Of a DNA stretch of 64,000 bases, positions 17,450 to 25,070 are shown piece by piece. Each line of letters starts with the position of its first letter. The first letter of the stretch is position 1. Where the stretch lies: the NCBI GenBank assembly GCA_025454815.1, contig JALONR010000004.1:17583-81582 (forward strand), read 5' to 3'. Under the pieces are notes generated by a model. That model made no database searches. It was not told the DNA's origin and worked only from the letters and a program-made list of their open reading frames with translations. Position numbers and translations under genes: made by a program. Source of the stretch: Bacteroidales bacterium. Its GTDB lineage: Bacteria; Bacteroidota; Bacteroidia; Bacteroidales; VadinHA17.

Positions 17450-18940
17450 CTAATAACCCGGGGTTTGAATGATCTTGGTGTTCCTGCTTATTACATCCTG
17501 GTTGACAGGGAATAGCAAAATATTGCCCTGGTTGTCTCCCTCACGGCCGACCAGCGATGTAATCAGCTCAAATGCTTTCCCGAACCTGATGATATCAAGC
17601 CACGATTTGCCTTCTGCTGCAAATTCAATCAGGCGTTCTTCAAGTATTGCAGCATCAACCTCATCCTTTGTAAGTGAAAGAGGATAATAATCCTGTATAC
17701 CATAGGCACGCTCAGCAACTTCATTCAGGTTCTGAATGGCAACATCCTTGTTATTCAGGGCGTTTTCAACCTCGGCTTTAAACAGATAGGCTTCAGCCTG
17801 GCGATATATCCTTATATCGTCATAGAACCTCCTTGTACCTTCAATCAGGGTTCCCAGGTATTTATTGATCCACTTTACTGTCCCACCTGAAGGATTGGGT
17901 ATTTCCTGCCAGTTGACTGCAGTTCTCTGGTCCTCGCTCTCAGGTTTAAGGAAGCGGAGCGTATAATCAGGCGAAAGCGTAAGCCACTGGGTTGACCCGC
18001 TATGAGGCACAATATCACGCAATGCTGCAGGCACATAGTTAATATTATTGACAAAATTCCAGCCATATTGCCCGATGTCCCTGCCGGATGGATTAGGTTC
18101 CTCGGCATAATCAAAATAGATTGAAAAGATTATCTCTTTACTCTTATCATTCCGGAAGGCATCAGCATAATTGGCTTCAAGTATGTAACTGTTTAGGAGA
18201 ACTGCATCGATGGCAGTTTTAGCCTCACTTAAGTCAGCACTTCCGCCTGCTGCTCTTTTTGCCAGCCAGAGGTATATCTCTGTTTTAAGCATATTGGCCG
18301 CTTCCTTGCTGGCCAGCCATGGCTTTGCACCAGGTGATGAGGATGGAAGTTTAGCCACAGCCTCGGCAACATCAGCCTTCACAAGCTCATATACTTCAGA
18401 TACAGGGCTCCGGGGATTGTAAAGTTCCTGATCAATAGATTCAAATCCTTCTTTTACAATAGGCACGTCTCCCCAGAGCTGCGCAAGCTTGAAATACGCA
18501 TAAGCCCTTACAAAATAAGCATGTCCAAGCACTTCATCCTTGAAAGTTTGATTTGAAAATGAAATATCCGGTACATACTTTAATATCAGGTTGCAGTCAT
18601 TTATCAGAGTATAAAGAGAAGACCAGTTTGTACTGGTTGTTGTTGCGTCCATATTGTTCTGCCATAGCTTCTCGTTATCACCTGCTCCACCTGAGGTTCC
18701 GATTGTCCAGAAACCGCTGCGGAAGTCCATCCAGTAAAGAATATTCTCATTGTTATTGAGTGTGGACCTGAACTGTGAATACATACCATAAAGAGCTCCC
18801 TCGGCATCATCTTCTGTCTTCCAGAAAGAACTCGTAGTGATGGAACTTATTGGGGCGAGGTCAAGATTATTCTCACATGCATAACTTATTGTCATTATGA
18901 GAAGAACCAGGATTATAGTTATCTTTTTCATGAGTTTCAT
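17450..18940 (-). CDS. SusD/RagB-family outer-membrane nutrient-binding lipoprotein
   Basis: 496 aa. Lipobox ISYAC. Lies 9 nt downstream of SusC. Typical SusD-like TPR-rich sequence. Confidence 0.9.
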   Translation of the reverse strand: MKLMKKITIILVLLIMTISYACENNLDLAPISSITTSSFWKTEDDAEGALYGMYSQFRSTLNNNENILYWMDFRSGFWTIGTSGGAGDNEKLWQNNMDATTTSTNWSSLYTLINDCNLILKYVPDISFSNQTFKDEVLGHAYFVRAYAYFKLAQLWGDVPIVKEGFESIDQELYNPRSPVSEVYELVKADVAEAVAKLPSSSPGAKPWLASKEAANMLKTEIYLWLAKRAAGGSADLSEAKTAIDAVLLNSYILEANYADAFRNDKSKEIIFSIYFDYAEEPNPSGRDIGQYGWNFVNNINYVPAALRDIVPHSGSTQWLTLSPDYTLRFLKPESEDQRTAVNWQEIPNPSGGTVKWINKYLGTLIEGTRRFYDDIRIYRQAEAYLFKAEVENALNNKDVAIQNLNEVAERAYGIQDYYPLSLTKDEVDAAILEERLIEFAAEGKSWLDIIRFGKAFELITSLVGREGDNQGNILLFPVNQDVISRNTKIIQTPGY

Positions 18941-18949
18941 GTTTACTGG

Positions 18950-21900
18950 TTATAAACCGATATTTAAGCCGAAAACAACGGTTCTGAAAGTCGGATACTT
19001 TCCTCCGTTATGTCTTATTTCACCACCAACCTCGGGAGAAAAACCCGGATATTTTGTAAAATAATGCAGGTTATTGCCGGCGACGTAAGTTTTCACCCTT
19101 TTGAGCCCCACCCTGGAGGTAATTCTTTCAGGTATATCATATCCCAGCGTCACTTCCCTTATGCATATAAAGTCTGCCCTATAGGTGTAGTAACTGTTGT
19201 TTCTAGTGTGATTTTGCTGGGCAGAGGGGTCATGAAACAGGATTTTAGGCTGCATTGTTCTGGCAGCATCACCCGGCTCTTTCCAGGCATCAAGCACATC
19301 GGTGGTGGGCTGGACCTGCCTTGCGCCCACTCCATTCAGCCAGGCTCTTGCCATATCGCATATGGAATGTCCTATGGCGAAATCCGTAAAGATATTCAGC
19401 TGGATTCCCTTAAACGCGAAAGTATTTGTCATACCGCCAGTTGTATGAGGGACTTCATAACCAAGCACAAACTGGTCTAAGTCTGAAATTTTCCCATCTT
19501 CCCAGTTCTCAACCCATTCAAAATCACCGGGGAATTTCTTTCCCTTGGTAGCCTTCTTGGTTATCGGGTCATATCCGGCAGCTCGCTCATCATACAACGC
19601 AGCGCTGGCCTGTTCGTCATTGTCAATCAGGAATGCCACCTGCCAGCCGATAATACTGTTAAGCTTCTCACCTTCGGCGATACCACCCACTCCGGTTCCG
19701 TCAGGGAAGATTATACCGTTCACCCTGTTCTTGTCTATACCCTCTCTATCCGGAAGTTCCAGGACTTTATTGGTATTGTAGGCAATATTAAAGTCAGTAA
19801 TCCATGAAAAATTCTTCGTTCTGATATTTTTTGTGGAAACAAGGAATTCAAAGCCGTTGTAAGCGACAGATCCGATATTCATTTCAACAGAGTTGAATCC
19901 GGTTTCCCTTGGCAGCTGCTTTGAGAACAAGAGGTCATCGCTTCTCTTGTAATAGTAATCAAATGACATCTCGATATTCTCTTTTGGGAAAAGATGGAGG
20001 TCAAAGCCCACATCATACTGTGTTGTTTTTTCCCACCTCAATGCCAGGTTCGGCATGGCAGTTGCCCTTATTCCTGCACTTCCGCCATAAGGGAAAGTAG
20101 CGGCATATGTACCCTGTGAGGCATACCTCCCGATATCATTGTTGCCTGTCTGTCCATATGTAGCCCTGACCTTGAGAAAACTGATCAGGTTATCCACGCC
20201 GCTCATAAAGGGCTCGCCTGAGACAATCCAGCCAGCTGAGAAGCTGGGGAAAAGGGCAAACTTGTTCTCTGCGCCAAACCTTGAAGAACCATCGTTCCTG
20301 ATGGATGCAGTCAGAAGGTACTTGTCATCATAGTTATAAAGTAACCTTCCGAAATAACTGATTAGCCTTTCTTCAGAAAAAGAGGAGAAGGCACTGGTGG
20401 GTACAGGTGACACATTCAGGGTCGGGATGTTGTCCGTGGGAGCTCCGTATGCCTCAGCAGAAACATCCTGATCTTCAATATACAGGTTGGAATAACCGGC
20501 AAGTACTGAGAGATCATGTTTGCCTATTTTCTTCAGGTCATAGGTCAGCAACATTTCGTACTGCCATCTTTGGCTCTGGTCCCTTTCTGCCTCTCCTGGT
20601 CTCTGGGTATTGAAATTATGAAGCTTCTCAAAATAATCTCTTGTATAATGTTCAGTATAGTAGTTACCACTTGGCCTGAAATGAAGATTCGGAATTATCT
20701 CCCAGTCTCCGCTGAGTCCGATTGTTGAACGCTGGAAGGTCCTGTCGTTTATCCGGGTATAGTTTACCCACAATGGATTGGCCAGTGTGGCATTATTGCC
20801 CCAGCCCGGTGTACCATCCGGAAAATAATCACGTATAGTCTTGGCATTGAATGCCCCCCTTGTAAACAGGTTGGCTTCATTTTCAAACTGGTTCGTCCTG
20901 CTGAAAGAATGGTCGTAATTTGAAGTAAGACTTATTTTATCATTAACAGCATATTTTATATTGTTTCTGACTGTCCATCTGTCGTACTGGGTCCCGACAG
21001 CAACACCTTCCTGCTTTGTATAACCCACCCCTGTAAAATAGGTTATCTTGTCAGTACCGCCTGATGCTGAGAGGTAATAATTGACCTGCATGGCTCTCTG
21101 GAAAAGCTGTTCCTGAAGATCATTATCCTGGAAAACAAGAGTATTTCCTGTTACCGGGTCAACAGTTGTATGCCAGCCTTCAGGCACTTCTTCTCCTTCA
21201 GCAAGGAACCTGGTAGTCCATGTGCTTATATCGGTATTAATACCAGTTGCGGTTGGTCCGGTCAGATAGTTTTTATTGGCAGATGAAGCATTTTCTATGG
21301 CCGGCCTGTAAAGCAGCAGATACTCTTCGGCCGTAATAGTTTCAATCTTCCTTCCGAACTCCTGGAACCCGGTTGTTACCGTAAAATCAATATTTGAGGT
21401 TCCCTTCTCGCCCGATTTGGTTGTGATAAGAATAACTCCGTTTGAAGCCCTTGCCCCATATATTGATGTTGCGGCCGCATCCTTCAATACTTCAATGGAT
21501 GCTATATCCCTTGGATTAATGTCATTGATCTCCCTTGGAAAACCGTCAACAAGATAAAGCGGATCACTGCTTTTACTTATGGAAGATCCACCCCTGATGA
21601 CAACGCTGGCTTCCTTCCCCGGCTGACCTGTTGTCTGAAGGATACGGACACCGGAAATTTTACCCTGCAGGGCTCTCGTCACGTTCGGCAACGGAACCTC
21701 CTCTATTTTTTCCGAACCTACCTGTGTGATAGCGGTTGTTATGGTCTTGCGCGATTGCGTACCATATCCGATTACCACCAGTTCATCAAGTCCGACCATC
21801 TGTGTCCTCAGTGTTACATTGATGGTTGACTGGTTTGCAACAGGCACCTCCAATGGTTCCATTCCGACAAATGAAAACACCAGGACGGAGTTCCTGGACG

Positions 21901-22141
21901 CCCTGATTGAATATGATCCATCACCACCTGTCAGGGTACCAATAGTCGTACCCTTTACGGCAACCGATGCCCCCGGCAGAGCAGCACCTGTTTCTTCAGT
22001 AACTGTACCCGTGATCGTCAATTCCTGCGGAAACACTGTGCCAGTAGTGATTACTGTCAACAAAAACAGGAAGAACAAGGCCTTTAGACGGTAAAAAGTC
22101 TTCCCGGCCTTCCCCCTTTTCCGAATGATTGTTTCTTTCAT
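18950..22141 (-). CDS. SusC-family TonB-dependent outer-membrane transporter
   Basis: 1063 aa. CarboxypepD_reg-like N-terminus (ITGTVTEETGAALPGASVAVKGT). Plug region DELVVIGYGTQ. Long beta-barrel. No STN domain. Confidence 0.95.
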   Translation of the reverse strand: MKETIIRKRGKAGKTFYRLKALFFLFLLTVITTGTVFPQELTITGTVTEETGAALPGASVAVKGTTIGTLTGGDGSYSIRASRNSVLVFSFVGMEPLEVPVANQSTINVTLRTQMVGLDELVVIGYGTQSRKTITTAITQVGSEKIEEVPLPNVTRALQGKISGVRILQTTGQPGKEASVVIRGGSSISKSSDPLYLVDGFPREINDINPRDIASIEVLKDAAATSIYGARASNGVILITTKSGEKGTSNIDFTVTTGFQEFGRKIETITAEEYLLLYRPAIENASSANKNYLTGPTATGINTDISTWTTRFLAEGEEVPEGWHTTVDPVTGNTLVFQDNDLQEQLFQRAMQVNYYLSASGGTDKITYFTGVGYTKQEGVAVGTQYDRWTVRNNIKYAVNDKISLTSNYDHSFSRTNQFENEANLFTRGAFNAKTIRDYFPDGTPGWGNNATLANPLWVNYTRINDRTFQRSTIGLSGDWEIIPNLHFRPSGNYYTEHYTRDYFEKLHNFNTQRPGEAERDQSQRWQYEMLLTYDLKKIGKHDLSVLAGYSNLYIEDQDVSAEAYGAPTDNIPTLNVSPVPTSAFSSFSEERLISYFGRLLYNYDDKYLLTASIRNDGSSRFGAENKFALFPSFSAGWIVSGEPFMSGVDNLISFLKVRATYGQTGNNDIGRYASQGTYAATFPYGGSAGIRATAMPNLALRWEKTTQYDVGFDLHLFPKENIEMSFDYYYKRSDDLLFSKQLPRETGFNSVEMNIGSVAYNGFEFLVSTKNIRTKNFSWITDFNIAYNTNKVLELPDREGIDKNRVNGIIFPDGTGVGGIAEGEKLNSIIGWQVAFLIDNDEQASAALYDERAAGYDPITKKATKGKKFPGDFEWVENWEDGKISDLDQFVLGYEVPHTTGGMTNTFAFKGIQLNIFTDFAIGHSICDMARAWLNGVGARQVQPTTDVLDAWKEPGDAARTMQPKILFHDPSAQQNHTRNNSYYTYRADFICIREVTLGYDIPERITSRVGLKRVKTYVAGNNLHYFTKYPGFSPEVGGEIRHNGGKYPTFRTVVFGLNIGL

Positions 22142-22177
22142 TGTTTAGAGTTTTAGGTTATCAAGATTCAGAAGTCA

Positions 22178-22936
22178 TTACATGGTATTAGTATTTAGAG
22201 CAGTTAATTTTGAATTTGTGACTATGGATTTGTCTTTCAGGAAAATGAAATAGGATTCAAACTGGTCAATCATTCCACGGTGAAATCCTTCCCTGTCTCC
22301 GGCCTTGAGGAAGTCAACCAGATCCTTGTGGGTCACAAGCTTCTTCCTTCTTGCAATGGCCTTGTTTATCGGCAGGAAATTCTCCCTGAACCGATCATTC
22401 AGAAATACCAGGACGGGATGAATGATTTTCTGGAATTCAATTATGGTACTGTTTCCGGTAATCTCATAGAGCTTTGAGTGAAACTCGTATTCACTTGCAG
22501 TGGAATATTCACTGAACTCTATTTCCCTCCCTCTTTCAATGATTGCATCAAGGTCGGCCAGGTGCCTTTCGTTGATGTTTTGAAAAATAAGTTCCGTCAT
22601 TCCTATCTCGAGTGTAATCCTGAACCCGAGAAGTTCAAACATCGCATCATCACCAAGTATTCCTGGCCCGGTTATTCGTTTAAGACTCTCAAAAATACAA
22701 GGCTCCGTTATAACCATTCCCCTGCCTGAACGTGATGATATCAGACCCAGCATACGCAGCCTGCTCAGAGCCTCCCTCACAACACTTCTGCCAACACCTA
22801 TTGCATCAGCAAGTTCCTTCTCTGGAAGTATCGAATCCCCGGGTTTGAGATTCTGTGTCCGGAAATAGTTCCTGAGCGTTTCTTCCACCTGATCTACCAA
22901 ACCTGTCTGCTGTTCAGTAATTTTCAGATTATCCAC
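22178..22936 (-). CDS. GntR/FadR-family transcriptional regulator (PUL regulator)
   Basis: 252 aa with a GTG start. wHTH LPEKELADAIGVGRSVVREALSRLRMLGLISSRSGRG plus a FadR-type C-terminal domain. Lies 36 nt upstream of SusC. Confidence 0.9.
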   Translation of the reverse strand: MDNLKITEQQTGLVDQVEETLRNYFRTQNLKPGDSILPEKELADAIGVGRSVVREALSRLRMLGLISSRSGRGMVITEPCIFESLKRITGPGILGDDAMFELLGFRITLEIGMTELIFQNINERHLADLDAIIERGREIEFSEYSTASEYEFHSKLYEITGNSTIIEFQKIIHPVLVFLNDRFRENFLPINKAIARRKKLVTHKDLVDFLKAGDREGFHRGMIDQFESYFIFLKDKSIVTNSKLTALNTNTM

Positions 22937-22946
22937 ATTTTTACTA

Positions 22947-22963
22947 TTTGTCTGACAAATATA
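22947..22963. promoter_or_regulatory. Candidate GntR operator TTTGTCTGACAAA (22947-22959) overlapping a minus-strand -7 box TATATTTG (reverse complement of 22956-22963)
   Basis: Same inverted repeat, same 11-nt distance to the start codon and same flanking ATATAA..TAAAT as at 420-436. Confidence 0.55.
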
Positions 22964-23156
22964 ATTATAAATTTAATATCAGTCAATAGTTCTGATGTTT
23001 TTTTAAAAAAAATATTTCTCTATTGCATGATTTTTTAAATCACAGCATAAATACTGATCCTTAAATTGATATGGGAATCTCGGTAATTCCTGCGTGTTCG
23101 TTATGTCGGCCTACCTGCACTTCTCTGGGGAGATTTGTTCTGCTACTCCATCCGGT

Positions 23157-25070
23157 TTACTTACTCATGAGCTTCAGGTAATCAATTATACCCTGCAATA
23201 TCTTTTCTGCCTCCAGCTGCCGGAACTCCGGATCAGCCAGTTTCTCCTCATCCTCAGCATGGCTCATGAAGGCCTGCTCAACAAGGATGGCCGGCAACTG
23301 GGATGTCCGGGTGACAGTATAATTGAAAGAGCCAACAACACCGAACTCCTGTAAGCCGGTCTCAAGCAGCCTGCCATATATGGTCTGCGCCAGAGACGCC
23401 CAGAACGGGTTGTGCCAGTAGGTGCTGGTCCCTGCCACTGAAAGATATCCCCTGCCACCGGCGTTTGCATGAATGCTGATCAGCATATGGGCACCTGACT
23501 TTATTGCAATGTCACGCTTGTCAAGCAGCGCCATGTCGCGGTCAGAATCCCTGACCTGCACCACCTCAGCCCCCATGGCCGTACACAACTCACCCAGCCT
23601 GAATGAAAGGTCCAGGTTTATGTCTTTTTCAACCAGTCCTGATAAGCCAATTGCTCCTGTGTTTGACCCGCCATGGCCGGCCTCAATTGCAATCTTCAAC
23701 CCGGAAAGCGGTTTTTCCGCTGACGCGTCATACACCGGCGGATACCTTACGCTGAGCACCAGGCTGCGGCCGGCAGGCCTTATATCATAGCCCCAGATGT
23801 CTTCTGTATTAAGGTTAACATAAACACGGAATGTTTCCGGCGTGCTCTGCTCCCATGTGAGCTTGTCAATGATCCTGCATCCCTTCAGGTGGGTAACCCA
23901 CGTGGAAGCCGATTCCACCCCGTATATGGTTACTACCAGGCGCTTCTGGTCAGGATCAGGCCAGACCTCATAGGGTACGGGCTCGAGATAGGGAATGGTC
24001 ACTAAATCAGCTCCGGCTGAAGGCCTGCATGTCATGCCGGTGACAATGTAGGTTGGCTGCATCCCGCTTCCGCTCATGACCTCAACATCATCCTGGCTGA
24101 CGAATCCTGTCTCGGTATTGCTCAGCCTTATCCTGTAGTTGGAGCCTATTTTCCCGCTTGTTTTCAGTACCACGCCCGGACCCAGCTCCTGGCGGATCGG
24201 ACCTCCCAGCCTCGGGGCACCCAGGTTGTACACCAGCCTTGAATAGTCATTCTTCACCTTCACCAGCGGGAAATCCTCCGGGTTTCTCACAATGATGGTT
24301 CTGTAATAATCAGGCCTGTAGGTCTCCTTCACAGGCGCTCCTGCTGCCGGAACAAGCCTGGCAGTGAGGGTATGGGAAACTCCCGTTTTAAGCCCGCGCA
24401 GGGGAACCTCTGCCCGGTAGATGCTGTAATCATCAAGATCTTCCCTGGTGCATTTAATGGTTCTCCTGGCCGACCTGATGTCAACCCAGCCCTCCTGACC
24501 TTTTGAGCCCATGAAGCTGACCTTCACCACCTCTTCCGGGAGCAATTCCATGTCACCGGCCGGTTCAAACGAGCGTCTTTCAATCCACAGCGGGTAAGGC
24601 TGGCGGGTCATGTCACGCTTTTCATAATAGACCACTTGCTCGCAGACGGCCGTCCGGCCGTCAGGATATACTGCCTCAGCCGTAATCTTATTTACTCCTT
24701 CGTTAAATGAGACGGTTGCAAAGAATATTCCCGTTTTGTACTGTTTCACTGCCTGGCCGTTTATACTTACGGCAGCGGGGTATTCACTTTTGCACAGGAC
24801 ATCGTACCGGGGCAGATTGGTCACCTGCCCGGGAAGCCTGAGGAACCTGACCCATGGTGAATCATCTCCGACGCTGTCACACCGGCATGGTATTGCTGCT
24901 AGCGTTTCTGCCACCGCTGCTGAAGCCGCTGAAGCCGCTGCTGCAGCCGCATTTGCAGCCGCCTCCCCGGCCGGCCGGTCTGTGGTTTGAGTTTCCGCTG
25001 TCCTCCTTGCAGCGCTGCATCCGGCAAGCACTGCAGTTATCAGGACCAGTGCATAAAATCTCCTTTTCAT
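23157..25070 (-). CDS. N-acetylmuramoyl-L-alanine amidase (Amidase_3 catalytic domain) with a long N-terminal extension, lipoprotein
   Basis: 637 aa. Lipobox LAGC. Ala-rich linker. C-terminal IAIEAGHGG...LISIHANA...LVEQAFMSH pattern of Amidase_3. ATGA overlap with the upstream gene. Confidence 0.85.
   Translation of the reverse strand: MKRRFYALVLITAVLAGCSAARRTAETQTTDRPAGEAAANAAAAAASAASAAVAETLAAIPCRCDSVGDDSPWVRFLRLPGQVTNLPRYDVLCKSEYPAAVSINGQAVKQYKTGIFFATVSFNEGVNKITAEAVYPDGRTAVCEQVVYYEKRDMTRQPYPLWIERRSFEPAGDMELLPEEVVKVSFMGSKGQEGWVDIRSARRTIKCTREDLDDYSIYRAEVPLRGLKTGVSHTLTARLVPAAGAPVKETYRPDYYRTIIVRNPEDFPLVKVKNDYSRLVYNLGAPRLGGPIRQELGPGVVLKTSGKIGSNYRIRLSNTETGFVSQDDVEVMSGSGMQPTYIVTGMTCRPSAGADLVTIPYLEPVPYEVWPDPDQKRLVVTIYGVESASTWVTHLKGCRIIDKLTWEQSTPETFRVYVNLNTEDIWGYDIRPAGRSLVLSVRYPPVYDASAEKPLSGLKIAIEAGHGGSNTGAIGLSGLVEKDINLDLSFRLGELCTAMGAEVVQVRDSDRDMALLDKRDIAIKSGAHMLISIHANAGGRGYLSVAGTSTYWHNPFWASLAQTIYGRLLETGLQEFGVVGSFNYTVTRTSQLPAILVEQAFMSHAEDEEKLADPEFRQLEAEKILQGIIDYLKLMSK

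Noticed and set aside
19010-19480. Long antisense ORFs inside large genes. Examples are 19010-19480, 11597-12178, 29719-30285, 31766-32269, 38667-39146, 45652-46095, 48288-48902, 51130-51759 and 58629-59120.
   Set aside because: Each is fully nested opposite a gene with strong family motifs, and each translation is compositionally odd (Ser/Pro/Arg-rich). This is the usual shadow-ORF pattern in moderately GC-rich coding DNA.
22996-23010. T7A8 palindrome in the amidase/GntR intergenic region
   Set aside because: It is a pure A/T run with negligible stem stability. It is most simply an AT-rich spacer or UP-like element, and I cannot support a specific function.
24900-24970. GCN-rich repetitive DNA that looked like a microsatellite or a short repeat array
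   Set aside because: It is in frame within the amidase gene and encodes an Ala/Ser-rich low-complexity linker (AAANAAAAAASAASAAVA) after the lipobox. It is not a CRISPR array or a non-coding repeat.
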